32,863 nt of DNA from a virus (taxonomy: Duplodnaviria > Caudoviricetes), in IMG/VR virus record IMGVR_UViG_3300048599_000105, positions 1 to 32,863 of that record, one strand, 5' to 3'. The position numbers and the translations under genes are program-made. Below, one piece after another: positions 9,710-18,669 of the stretch. The notes under the pieces were generated by a model that searched no databases, was not told the origin of the DNA, and saw nothing but the letters and a program-made list of their open reading frames with translations. The stretch's first letter is position 1. Each line of letters begins with the position of its first letter.

Positions 9710-10152
9710 CGTACCGCCACCTTTCTGGATAGCTTAATCTCAAACCAGACGTGCCGGTTTTCGATGTCGTCGGCGCTGATGATCTCGTACCGTATTTTTT
9801 CGAGCGCTGCTTTCACGGCGTCGGCGGCGTCCTCCGCGTCCTCGATATCGTCCCCGGCGTGTATGGCGGCATCGTGTTCGCTGGCGAGATAGGCGACAAG
9901 CCCCTGATTGATAAGCGGCGTGTACCGCGCCGTCAGCGTGGCGGGCTCATTGAGGCTCATTTGTTTCGCCGCGAAAACCTCGCTGCCGTGGGCGTTCACC
10001 CAATGGCAGAGCGCCGGCACGTCGTTCCCGTCCGCGTCCTGTCCGAATACGTTGACCTCAGACTCCGTGAAATAGCCCTCGCCGTCCGGCGTCTTATCGA
10101 CGCGCTTGAAAAAGACCGGCGTGTCCAGCGGCCCGACTTTCGGGTTATACAT
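9706..10152 (-). CDS. Head closure / head-tail adaptor protein (148 aa)
   Basis: 'G.LDTPV.F', 'HGSEVFAA', 'YEIISADDIENRHVWFEI' pattern of SPP1 gp16-like proteins. Confidence 0.8.
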   Translation of the reverse strand: MYNPKVGPLDTPVFFKRVDKTPDGEGYFTESEVNVFGQDADGNDVPALCHWVNAHGSEVFAAKQMSLNEPATLTARYTPLINQGLVAYLASEHDAAIHAGDDIEDAEDAADAVKAALEKIRYEIISADDIENRHVWFEIKLSRKVAVR

Positions 10153-10432
10153 CCTCGCTCGCCTCCAAACTGACCGCCTGGAGCTGAGGGAGGATGAAGA
10201 CCGAAAACGCGTCCGAGAACTTAACCTCCCCGCTCGTCAGGTTCCAGAGATCCGACACGCCGACGGTCAGAGCCGCGATCCCGAGATCCGTCTCGATATT
10301 TTCCAGCGTCACCCCGGCGTTAAGCATGTACTGTTTGACCGCCGCGACTTTAATGGCGAGCTGCGTGTCGTTGTAGGTGTCGCCGACGGCGAGCCCGGCT
10401 TTGACTTTTGCGAGGATTTCCGCGTCGGTCAT
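10145..10432 (-). CDS. Head-tail connector (gp6/gp15-like, 95 aa)
   Basis: 'ILAKVKAGL...YNDTQL...YMLNAGV...VSDLWN' pattern; strong RBS. Confidence 0.85.
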   Translation of the reverse strand: MTDAEILAKVKAGLAVGDTYNDTQLAIKVAAVKQYMLNAGVTLENIETDLGIAALTVGVSDLWNLTSGEVKFSDAFSVFILPQLQAVSLEASEDV

Positions 10433-10444
10433 GGCGAGTCCCTC

Positions 10445-11410
10445 CTATACGAGCAGATAGGCGTCGACAGCGTGTCCGTCCAGGGCGCTGTTCAGGTCGA
10501 TGGTGTTGCTTTCAAGCGCAGTCAGCGACGTTGTCACCGTCGGCGCGGTCGCTTCCCTGACGTCGTTTAGGCAGGCGAAAAGCACCGTATTGTGCGGCAG
10601 CTTGTACGGCAGTCCGAGCGCTTCTCCGAACCCGATAGCCGTCGTCGCGCCGGCGCCGTCATGGGCCGGAATGGTGACGCGGTTAATTTTGTCAAACGCT
10701 TTGCTTCCGGTGACGGTACCTTGCGTGTTGACGGTGAACGCCGGGAGCGTTTCAGTGATTTCTACGCCGGCACGTTCGCCCTCGACAATGACCTGAACGG
10801 CCTTGATATCTCCCGCCGTGCCTCCGGCTGTCGCCGTGATATTGCAAGGGACGCTCGGCTGTGTGAATCCCGTTGTGACGACGTCCGACGCCGCGACTTG
10901 TCCGCCCGAAAAAGAGACAACGTCCGCTTCTCCCGTGGCGATTGCCGCAGAATCCCAGTTCCCGCCCGCTGCGCATGTAATACCCGAGACGCTGACGCCG
11001 CCGACGGTCGACAATGCCCGTATCGCCGCCTGAATCAGCGCTGCAGTATTCTTTGCGGCACTCGAATCCGCAAGCGCGACGTTTATTGTTTTCGTGCCGT
11101 CCGTTTTTGTGACAGCAAGCGTATCGTTTGCCGCCGTTGTCAGCAAAATTTTCAGGTCGTTTGAAGCCACTCCAAGCGCGATCGTCGACGAGACCGTCAA
11201 AATATCGGTTATTGCCGTTGCTGCTTTGACTGTCGCGCTCGATCCTTGCGCCGGTGTCGAGCACGGCACGGCGGCGTGAATGCCGTTCGTTACCGCCGCT
11301 TTCGCGTCGGCGGCGGCGACGTGGAAATGCGCGGGAAACGCCATGTCGCATGTGACCCTCGGCACGTCGGTCTTGATCTTCTGCCCCATCTTGTGGTTAT
11401 AAGGCGTCAT
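10445..11410 (-). CDS. Putative head decoration / virion surface protein (321 aa)
   Basis: Between capsid and connector; Ala/Thr/Gly-rich beta protein; GAGGAGG RBS. Confidence 0.6.
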   Translation of the reverse strand: MTPYNHKMGQKIKTDVPRVTCDMAFPAHFHVAAADAKAAVTNGIHAAVPCSTPAQGSSATVKAATAITDILTVSSTIALGVASNDLKILLTTAANDTLAVTKTDGTKTINVALADSSAAKNTAALIQAAIRALSTVGGVSVSGITCAAGGNWDSAAIATGEADVVSFSGGQVAASDVVTTGFTQPSVPCNITATAGGTAGDIKAVQVIVEGERAGVEITETLPAFTVNTQGTVTGSKAFDKINRVTIPAHDGAGATTAIGFGEALGLPYKLPHNTVLFACLNDVREATAPTVTTSLTALESNTIDLNSALDGHAVDAYLLV

Positions 11411-11453
11411 GATTATTCCTCCTCATTGACGCGAATTTTTTGTTGCTCCATGC

Positions 11454-11485
11454 AAATATCCCCCGTCGCTTGACGGGGGATATTT
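11454..11485 (-). terminator. Perfect 14-bp inverted repeat after the capsid gene
   Basis: AAATATCCCCCGTC-GCTT-GACGGGGGATATTT. Confidence 0.6.
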
Positions 11486-11501
11486 ATTCATTTTATGGAT
11501 A

Positions 11502-12701
11502 TTATTCCGCCGGCTTGTAGTAGGCGAACGCCGTGGACGCGAACATGACGGTACCGCCGGCATAGACCTTGCCTCGCCAAACGGTGCTGTCGGCGGAGAA
11601 GCCCGCCGATGAGTCCGCCTCGATGACCAGCTCTTGGGACTCGTTGGCGATGATCTGTGAGATATCGCCGAAGATGAATTCGCCGTCCACCATGCGGGAC
11701 GTGAAGTTGACCGGGCGACCGTCGATGGTGTAGGTCGTCGCGCCCGAGCCGCCGGAGGCGATCGCCGTGATTGGCTGCCCGTTGGCGTCGGTGATGGATC
11801 TGAATTTTGTGAAAAAGGTTTTGCGCTTCATGATCCACTCGCCGGCGTCGCCGTAAGGCGACTCGACATTGCCCTGAACCTCGTTGACGAGATCCCAATC
11901 CGGGTCGTCGGTGTATGTAACGGCGGTTGCCGTCAGCGCCGTGACGAGGCCGAGGAATTTCGACGTGGAGAGCGAGCCGTTGATGAGGTAGTTTTCGAGC
12001 TGGAGGCCGATGTACTTTCCGATCTCCATCGCTAGGAACGTCTCCAGGCCCGCGATGCTGTTCTTGAGCAGCAGATTCTTGACAGTGACGGTCGCGACGA
12101 TCGCCATCTGATTGATAGTGACCTCGGTGAACACGAATGTCAGCGTGTCGGTGCCGTCTGCGTTGTTCGTCACCGCGCCCGCCGTACCGATTGGGAGAGA
12201 CACGTCGCCGTTAAAGCGGTATTTCGTGACTTTCGCGTAAAGGGCGCCGTACTTTGTGACGATCGCGGAGATCATGTTGAGCGTCCCCGTCGGGACGAGA
12301 TACTCGCCGCCGGACGTGACAGAGCCGCCGTTCATGCTTGTGACGGCGCGTTTTCCGAATTCCATGATGTCCCGGTCCGCCTCGGCGATTTTGCCCGCCG
12401 TGTAGCTGCGGTAAAAGGCGTCGCGGTACTTGTCGCTGGAGCGGTAGTTGTCCGCCGTGATGTCGCCGTGGTTCGGCGCGTTGAATCCCTTGTCCCTGGA
12501 CTCGGGCGCGGGCGCGTCTATGAGCTTCTCGTTGATCTCGTCGATCTCGTCGGAAATGTCGCCGAGGTCCTTTGCCCTTTTTGACATCTCTTCGTTTGAC
12601 CAGGTGCTGCGGTGCTGCTCACAGTCTTTCTTGAGCTTGATCCTTTTGGCTTCAAGCTCGGATTTTTCCCGCCGGAGCTCGGCGGCTTCTTTCTGAGTCA
12701 T
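11502..12701 (-). CDS. Major capsid protein, HK97 fold with N-terminal delta (scaffold) domain (399 aa)
   Basis: N-terminal coiled coil, 'GGEYLVP', 'TIDGRPV', 'FIFGDIS' motifs; follows the protease. Confidence 0.93.
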   Translation of the reverse strand: MTQKEAAELRREKSELEAKRIKLKKDCEQHRSTWSNEEMSKRAKDLGDISDEIDEINEKLIDAPAPESRDKGFNAPNHGDITADNYRSSDKYRDAFYRSYTAGKIAEADRDIMEFGKRAVTSMNGGSVTSGGEYLVPTGTLNMISAIVTKYGALYAKVTKYRFNGDVSLPIGTAGAVTNNADGTDTLTFVFTEVTINQMAIVATVTVKNLLLKNSIAGLETFLAMEIGKYIGLQLENYLINGSLSTSKFLGLVTALTATAVTYTDDPDWDLVNEVQGNVESPYGDAGEWIMKRKTFFTKFRSITDANGQPITAIASGGSGATTYTIDGRPVNFTSRMVDGEFIFGDISQIIANESQELVIEADSSAGFSADSTVWRGKVYAGGTVMFASTAFAYYKPAE

Positions 12702-12769
12702 GTTTATAAACCTCCGTCATAAAAATAAGATTTTGGGGTTGCCTGTAAGTGCGTTTGAATCGTGCCGCG

Positions 12770-13378
12770 TTATCTCGCCAAAGCAAGCGCAAGGTCGAGG
12801 GCGGCAGCGGCCTTTTTGCGAGCTTCTTCCTCCGGCGTGTCTCCCGTCCCCGCGCCGCGTTGACCGCCCGCCGTGTCCGCCGGCGTCTCCGTCGCGACGG
12901 CGACGGCCTGCTCATACGCCGGGAAAGCAACAATGCTGACTTCGAGCAGCATCGTAATATGCATGATCGTATCCTGCATTTTAATGCTGTCGGTACGGAC
13001 GTCGTCGGTGAAAAATCGGAATGACATGGCGTCCAAAATGCCGCGTGAGACCCTGTCGAAAGTATAGTCGTCAACGTATGTATTTCCGAGCGTCGCCTCG
13101 ATGAATAGGCCGGTGCTGTCGACCTCCGCCCGGAGGTTCACCCCGTATTTGGCTAGGCAAAACGACGGGTTATGCTCGATGAAAAGAAACAGGTTTGTCA
13201 GGTCTATGTCTTTCAAAGCGTCCTTGTCGACGACTTCTGTCCATTTGCTCAGATAATACGGGTGTCCCGGCACTCCGAACACGATCGGATACCCGCGTAT
13301 TCTCCTAACGCCGTCGGTTTCCGTTACGGCCCGGAATTCCGGGTGCTTAAATCTTAGGTTCCGTGCTTTCATCTCCAT
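12770..13378 (-). CDS. HK97-family prohead protease (~202 aa)
   Basis: 'IRGYPIVF', catalytic His ('EHNP') and Ser ('AMSFRF'), 'LLEVSIVAFPAY'; GGAGGTG RBS before ATG 13378. Confidence 0.92.
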   Translation of the reverse strand: MEMKARNLRFKHPEFRAVTETDGVRRIRGYPIVFGVPGHPYYLSKWTEVVDKDALKDIDLTNLFLFIEHNPSFCLAKYGVNLRAEVDSTGLFIEATLGNTYVDDYTFDRVSRGILDAMSFRFFTDDVRTDSIKMQDTIMHITMLLEVSIVAFPAYEQAVAVATETPADTAGGQRGAGTGDTPEEEARKKAAAALDLALALAR

Positions 13379-14573
13379 TTGCGTTATCACCTCCTTTCGG
13401 GGGTTCTTCTACGGTGTAATTACCAGGCGGCAGCGCCTGTTGAAAATTTTTGCTTGTCTGGTATTCGTCCAGTTCCTTCGGGCCTTTCTTCATATATAGC
13501 CGGCGCCGTACCTCGTTCCGGTTCACGACGCCCCCGAAGATCATTTCCTTGAAAAACGTCGTTTTCGCCTGGAGCGTGGCGATCTCGATGTCCAGGAGCT
13601 CCGAGGCGATCTTGTTATTGCGCCCGATTTCCCGCGCCGAGAACAGCTTGTAGGTGTCCTCCTCCTCGATTTGCCAAACGATAGGCTTGATCCGCTCAAT
13701 GAATTGCTGATATTGGATTTCCGACGCCGTTCCGTTGATGATCTCTTTGGACACGTCGAAATAATTGTATAAATAGCTGACGATGCTCTCCAGTATGTCT
13801 TTGTTCAGCGGCGTTTTGTCCGTTTTGAGATCTTTTACCTCGAATTCGCTTCCGATCATGCCGAAGCCGGTCGAGTTTTCCGAGTTGAGAAACAGTTCCT
13901 TGAATTCGTCGAGCTTTGCTTTCATGGCCGGGCCTTTGAGCGCTGTCTTTGTCTGGAGCAGCGCCGCTATCCTCTGGCTGCTTTCGCTGTCCTTGACGGC
14001 CTGGGCCTGGAGCGTGTTGACGATCTGGACATAATTCCCCGTCGCCTGTGTCGGCGTCCCGCCTTTGAGAGTCGGAAATCGCTGATAATGGATGATGTCG
14101 TCATAGTAGAACGTGGTATGGTTCCATTGCGGAAACGATATGAGGGTTTTCCCGTCCTCGTCCCGCGAAAACTCGAATTGTGTGAACGGCAGCGGATACT
14201 TTGCCCTGAGCTGCCCGGTGCTCTCGTCCCAATCTGGGAACGCGAACACGTTATTCGCGAGCAGAAGCCTTGTGATGACGTGCGTCATGTAAACTTGCGG
14301 GCTTTGCTTTGGGTTCGTCCTGACCGTATAGACATAATTGACACTGTCGTTGACGATGTCCCTGTTCCCCTCGTAATCCTCCCGGACGTGATACATCGGG
14401 ATTGACGCGATTTTTTCCGAAACGAAGTTGATCGCCGTCCGTACCTCCGGGATGTTGTATAGATCCCGACTCACCGATATCAACGGGTTTCCCCTGTTCA
14501 GCAGGTCGATGATCTTCGACACCGTCACCCTGTCGCGCCCGAAAACCGACGCGATCCTATCAAAAACTCCCAA
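13347..14573 (-). CDS. HK97-family portal protein (408 aa)
   Basis: 'VRTAINFVSEKIASIP', 'DDIIH', 'NRNEVRR'; between terminase and protease. Confidence 0.92.
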   Translation of the reverse strand: MGVFDRIASVFGRDRVTVSKIIDLLNRGNPLISVSRDLYNIPEVRTAINFVSEKIASIPMYHVREDYEGNRDIVNDSVNYVYTVRTNPKQSPQVYMTHVITRLLLANNVFAFPDWDESTGQLRAKYPLPFTQFEFSRDEDGKTLISFPQWNHTTFYYDDIIHYQRFPTLKGGTPTQATGNYVQIVNTLQAQAVKDSESSQRIAALLQTKTALKGPAMKAKLDEFKELFLNSENSTGFGMIGSEFEVKDLKTDKTPLNKDILESIVSYLYNYFDVSKEIINGTASEIQYQQFIERIKPIVWQIEEEDTYKLFSAREIGRNNKIASELLDIEIATLQAKTTFFKEMIFGGVVNRNEVRRRLYMKKGPKELDEYQTSKNFQQALPPGNYTVEEPPKGGDNANGDESTEPKI

Positions 14574-14587
14574 GCTCTCACGCCTTT

Positions 14588-16318
14588 CTATGATTGATAC
14601 TCGTCAAACAGGTCTTTGCATTTTTTATAGGCGATATAAGCAAACAGGAACGACACATAACCGTCGATCCTGCCCTTGCTTTTTGCCTTGTCCGGTTGTA
14701 TCCCGTTGTTCGGGTCTATTTTCGCCTTTGTGTTCGTCGTGCACCAACGGAAAAGCCCGTTATGTTTGCTGAACACGAGAAGCCTGTCCTTGAAAAGTGT
14801 TTTTGTTTCTTTCATCGGCTGGCTGAGTGATTTCGCGCCCATTGCGATAGGAAACAGGACGCCCCTCCCCTCGCTGTTTTCTTTCGGGAATCCGTTCAGT
14901 TCCATATCCTCGGCCCAATCGTCGTAATGCCACCTATCCCCGCCGATTTTCCAAAACGTAACCTGGTATGTCTCCGCGAGCTCAACAAACCACTCCGTCA
15001 CGTCCGAACGCTTGACCATGCTGCCCGAGCACACCTTGAGCAGTTCTTTATTGAGAGCGTCCTCGGCGTTCGTCGACTTGAATGACTCGTAGGCCATTTT
15101 GTCGAGTTTCGAGTTTTCCGCTATTCTTGCCTCGGCGATAAAATATTTTTGGAACAGGTGTAGCTTTCCGCCGATCGGGACGAGAGCGGAGGCGGCGCAT
15201 AGGTCTGTTGTCTCGGCGAGGTCAGCGCCCCCGACGGCGTACTTGTCCTTTATCGCGTCGATACTCATGTCCTCGGCGCATTTGTCGACCGTCAGTAGAT
15301 CGAAATAAACGATGCTGAGCGAGCTTGCCCGGTTTAGGTGCTTCGCGAGGAATGACGGCATTTGCGCCGGATCTTCAAGCGCTTTTTGATATTCTGACTC
15401 GATATAGCTCATTGTCGGACGGGCGTCCTCAAGTCCCGGATTTGCCTTGATCCAGCATTTCCGGTTTTCAGGGTCGTCGTCGTCGTCGATACGGAAGATC
15501 ATCGGGAACACCCGCTCCCGGCTTTTTCCGTTCAGGACTTTTTCACACCGATCTAAGATTGAATCAAATATCCCCTCTCGGACAAAACCGAAAGAGGATA
15601 TGATAATCATGAGAGGCTGGACGCGGGCTCCGAACGCCGAGGAGAAAACGTCATAGGTGTTGCGGTTTTTTATGGCGTGGCACTCGTCGATGATGACGGC
15701 GTGAGGGTTCAATCCGTCCTGGGACTCGCTGTTTTTGCTTCCGGCTTTCATATAGCTGTTGCCCGCCGGGTATAGGAGCATTTCCGAATTATCCTTGTCG
15801 CGCCGTGTTCGGACGTGCCGGCGGAGAATGTCGCTTTCAAAGACGAAGTTTTTCGCGGCCTCGTAGACAATGGACGCCTGTTGCTTCTGAGTCGCTAAGC
15901 ACCATATTTGCGCTCCGGCCTCCTGGTCGCACATGAGGAGATACAAGGCGAGGGCCGATATAAACGTCGACTTTCCCCATTTTCTGGATACGAAAAGTAT
16001 AAACTCCCGAAAGTATCTGACTTTTAGTTTGAGTTCCTTGTCGTATGTCTTTAAGCCGAGGACACAGGCGGCGGCGTATTTCTGTTCCGTTGTCAGTTCC
16101 AGCGGCTGTCCCGCCCAGCGCCCCTCTCGGTGCTTGAGCAGCCGACAGAAGTCGATAAACGCCTCGACGTCGACCTGGTCATACCATACATGCGGGTTTT
16201 TGAGAAGCTTCTCTATAAGCTTCTTTAAGAGCTTGATGTCCTTGCAATGCTTTTCCGAGTGCCTCTCGATGTAGTCGTGCCATTCCTGTATGTACTGCGG
16301 CGCTTCGATCTTAGGCAT
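14588..16318 (-). CDS. terL: Terminase large subunit (576 aa)
   Basis: Walker A 'SRKWGKST', Walker B 'VIIDECH', 'WIKANP', nuclease 'GGADLA..TDL' and 'RIDG'. Confidence 0.96.
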   Translation of the reverse strand: MPKIEAPQYIQEWHDYIERHSEKHCKDIKLLKKLIEKLLKNPHVWYDQVDVEAFIDFCRLLKHREGRWAGQPLELTTEQKYAAACVLGLKTYDKELKLKVRYFREFILFVSRKWGKSTFISALALYLLMCDQEAGAQIWCLATQKQQASIVYEAAKNFVFESDILRRHVRTRRDKDNSEMLLYPAGNSYMKAGSKNSESQDGLNPHAVIIDECHAIKNRNTYDVFSSAFGARVQPLMIIISSFGFVREGIFDSILDRCEKVLNGKSRERVFPMIFRIDDDDDPENRKCWIKANPGLEDARPTMSYIESEYQKALEDPAQMPSFLAKHLNRASSLSIVYFDLLTVDKCAEDMSIDAIKDKYAVGGADLAETTDLCAASALVPIGGKLHLFQKYFIAEARIAENSKLDKMAYESFKSTNAEDALNKELLKVCSGSMVKRSDVTEWFVELAETYQVTFWKIGGDRWHYDDWAEDMELNGFPKENSEGRGVLFPIAMGAKSLSQPMKETKTLFKDRLLVFSKHNGLFRWCTTNTKAKIDPNNGIQPDKAKSKGRIDGYVSFLFAYIAYKKCKDLFDEYQS

Positions 16319-16697
16319 CGCGGCCGCGCCCCGCTAACCGTTCAAACGCGTCGGGCTCCTTTGCCGGCGGCGGCGGCGCGAACGTCCCGACCGGGATATG
16401 TTCCGTCAAGGCGTTGATGATCGCCATGTGATTTTTTATCATGGCGTTATAAATCTCAACCTCCGGCGACTTCTTCGTCCCGTACTGGTTCTCCCCGTTT
16501 TTGTATTTTGACACCGTCCCGCTCTTATTCATTTTCTCCTGGAGCTCCGCGAGCGTGACGGTCATAAAAGCCGCGTTTTCAATCAGAGAAGATACGACAT
16601 TTTTGACGTTATCGGGAATTGTAAAGAAAACGTCTTGAAGCCTTGCGATCTCAGCCTTAATCTTCTCATTTCGCTCCATCGTCTTTTTGCTGGCCAT
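16311..16697 (-). CDS. terS: Terminase small subunit (128 aa)
   Basis: GGAGG RBS before ATG 16697; 'LIENAAFM...YKNGENQYGTKKSPEV' pattern; directly upstream of terL. Confidence 0.85.
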   Translation of the reverse strand: MASKKTMERNEKIKAEIARLQDVFFTIPDNVKNVVSSLIENAAFMTVTLAELQEKMNKSGTVSKYKNGENQYGTKKSPEVEIYNAMIKNHMAIINALTEHIPVGTFAPPPPAKEPDAFERLAGRGRDA

Positions 16698-16832
16698 TAA
16701 ATCAAAGTATCCTCCCCTCTTTTGGCGTTGAGACCACACCCCTTATGCATCCGTGAACCCCGCGAGTGATATGGAATCTGCACAGTTCGGTTTTCATAGA
16801 AAAAATTTTTCACTCCACCCCCGGGGGGGTTA
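16698..16832. other. Probable cos packaging-site region
   Basis: Segment between HNH and terS containing CCCCCCCGGGGG and an A/T tract, the usual cos location in HNH-TerS-TerL phages; the exact cut site cannot be determined by eye. Confidence 0.55.
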
Positions 16833-17094
16833 AGAATTTTTGGAGTCCGATCGATCGATCGTGTTTCGCATTGTGATGATCCGAGCAAAGGTATTGCAGA
16901 TTGTCAGGATTGAACGCTATGTTCGGATCGTCCTTGTTCTCCTCCGTGAGCTCGACGATATGGTCGACCTCGCGGCCCGGTCTGATCTTACCCTGACGCT
17001 TGCACTCCTCACATAAACCGTTCGCCCTACTGATGCACACCAGACGCGCCCGCTTGTATCTCCGATTGCGGTATACCTCTGGAAACCTTGCCAT
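16810..17094 (-). CDS. HNH endonuclease (terminase-associated, HK97 gp74-like, 94 aa)
   Basis: CEEC...VDHIVEL...[14 protein letters not shown]. Confidence 0.92.
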   Translation of the reverse strand: MARFPEVYRNRRYKRARLVCISRANGLCEECKRQGKIRPGREVDHIVELTEENKDDPNIAFNPDNLQYLCSDHHNAKHDRSIGLQKFLTPPGVE

Positions 17095-17116
17095 GTCTCA
17101 GCCCTCACAACAAACA

Positions 17117-17142
17117 GAGAGCGACCCTTGCGGGCCGCTCTC
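17117..17142 (-). terminator. Intrinsic terminator-like hairpin upstream of HNH
   Basis: GAGAGCGGCCC-GCAA-GGGTCGCTCTC followed by TGTTTGTTG on the minus strand. Confidence 0.6.
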
Positions 17143-17158
17143 GTCTGGCTGCTCTATT

Positions 17159-17188
17159 ACGTTACAAACATAACACGGCGCATGTCAA
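17159..17188 (-). promoter_or_regulatory. Putative late promoter
   Basis: TTGACA (17188-17183), 18-bp spacer, TAACGT, just downstream of the RinA/ArpU-like gene. Confidence 0.45.
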
Positions 17189-17212
17189 AAAAACATACAG
17201 ACTTTTTTCAAT

Positions 17213-17656
17213 TCATATCGACGCGAGCGCTCCGGCTCCGTAGTACAGCACGGCAAACTTCGACACGGCCCGATTCTTGAGATCATAGACCGTCGTTGAC
17301 GACTGATAGTTGAGCGCCTCGGCGATCTCCTCTTTCGTGTTGCGCTTGATGTACCATGCCGTGAGAATCTCTCCGTCGTCCTTTTCCATTTGCCCGATAA
17401 CCTCGTCGATCTCGGCGATCGTATCCTCTGTTGACTTGATTTCCCGCATGACCTCGACGAGATCGAGGCAATCCGTGAGAGCATTGTTTGCGCTGCTCGT
17501 CGAGACATATGGCTTTTGCAGATTGATCGACGACACGTCGGACGGCGCCCCCGCCGCGATGAGCCGCGCCTTTCGGCGTCTTAGGTTATCGAGAGAGCGT
17601 TCGAGCGTCCCCCTGTTTGCAAGTACCTTTTCAGCGGACTGAAAGTAATTAATCAT
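17213..17656 (-). CDS. RinA/ArpU-family late transcriptional activator (147 aa)
   Basis: Coiled coil plus sigma region-4-like HTH 'ILTAWYI...EEIAEALNYQSSTTVYDLKNRAV'; sits before the packaging module. Confidence 0.8.
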   Translation of the reverse strand: MINYFQSAEKVLANRGTLERSLDNLRRRKARLIAAGAPSDVSSINLQKPYVSTSSANNALTDCLDLVEVMREIKSTEDTIAEIDEVIGQMEKDDGEILTAWYIKRNTKEEIAEALNYQSSTTVYDLKNRAVSKFAVLYYGAGALASI

Positions 17657-17669
17657 CGACCTCTCCCCC

Positions 17670-18449
17670 TCATGTCTTTTTTCTCCTCTTTCCGTCGCCG
17701 CGTTGCGGCTTTCTCATAAAATGGCCGTCTTTCCTGTAGAGCCTGGCGAAAATGTAGATCCCTCCGTTGACGTCGTTGTGAAACGGCGTGGCCTCCGCGA
17801 GTATGTAGTCCGGGTAAAGCTTTTCAAATGGCTGCCGGACGCTTGTGTCCGCCGCGAGCTCCCGCGCCGTCCGCGCCGATATCCTACTGTCGTTCGTCCT
17901 AGCCGGCGGGTCGATGAGGTTTTTCGAGGCGTTCCATCGCTTATCAAATATCGGCGACTTGACTATGTAATGCCCGAGGGCCGCGACGCCGTTCTCGTCA
18001 AACTGCAGCCGCTTTGAGTTCGCCCGCCCGAGCCCCCACAGTTTTTCGATCATGTCCCGGTCGATCCCGCCGCTTACCGTGACATGATGGTGATAACGTC
18101 CTCGTGAGCTTTTCTCTGTGACGGCGATATACTTGAGAGGCGACAGCCCCAGCTTTTGACGAAGCCGCTTGAGACGGCGAATGAAATTCTGCACGTCCCG
18201 TTTCGCCGCCTCATCGTCCTCCGGGTTCACGGCATAATCGAGGCCGAGCTCCAAATCCTCCGGCGTGAAATTGGCATGGAGCAGACGGACGAGCTTCTCC
18301 TCCGCATGGCGCTTGTTTAGCTTCTCCTGGGCCTCCGTCGTCGGCTTCGACTTTTTCGACCTCTGTCCCGCCTGACGGAACGTCGGGAAAATATAAACGT
18401 CCAGGTATTCCCCGCAGATGTATTTTTTCTCCCGGTAGATCGTTCTCAT
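17670..18449 (-). CDS. HUH-superfamily rolling-circle replication initiator (259 aa)
   Basis: Motif 1-like 'LGLDY', 'NFIRRLKR', motif 2 'RYHHHVTV', motif 3 'HYIVK'; GGAGGG RBS. Confidence 0.85.
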   Translation of the reverse strand: MRTIYREKKYICGEYLDVYIFPTFRQAGQRSKKSKPTTEAQEKLNKRHAEEKLVRLLHANFTPEDLELGLDYAVNPEDDEAAKRDVQNFIRRLKRLRQKLGLSPLKYIAVTEKSSRGRYHHHVTVSGGIDRDMIEKLWGLGRANSKRLQFDENGVAALGHYIVKSPIFDKRWNASKNLIDPPARTNDSRISARTARELAADTSVRQPFEKLYPDYILAEATPFHNDVNGGIYIFARLYRKDGHFMRKPQRGDGKRRKKT

Positions 18450-18521
18450 GCTAACCCTCCGAAAGTGTCAATCGGCGACATAAACAGTCCCGCCCGATCT
18501 GTGTCAGAAAATGGTGTAGGT

Positions 18522-18550
18522 GGTCGTTAGGTTAATATTCCTTACGAGCC
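18522..18550. other. Putative double-strand origin hairpin for the HUH Rep
   Basis: GGTCGTTAGG-TTAATATT-CCTTACGAGCC imperfect stem with AT-rich loop, ~70 bp upstream of rep. Confidence 0.5.
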
Positions 18551-18638
18551 TTAAAAAGCGCCGGCAGCACTGTTTTTATTGTTAAACCCGCTCACGGGTG
18601 ATATATTATATAAGGTATGGCAATCATTCTCTGTTGAG

Positions 18639-18669
18639 GCCGCCGGCGCTCTCGTCAAGCGTCGGCGGC
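18639..18669. terminator. GC-rich hairpin at the end of the early operon
   Basis: GCCGCCGGCGCT-CTCGTCA-AGCGTCGGCGGC; the T-rich tail is on the + strand. Confidence 0.45.

Noticed and set aside
10445-11410. Contractile tail sheath gene
   Set aside because: It lies between capsid and connector and is too short; the tail module has a siphovirus tube, chaperone frameshift and no baseplate wedge genes.
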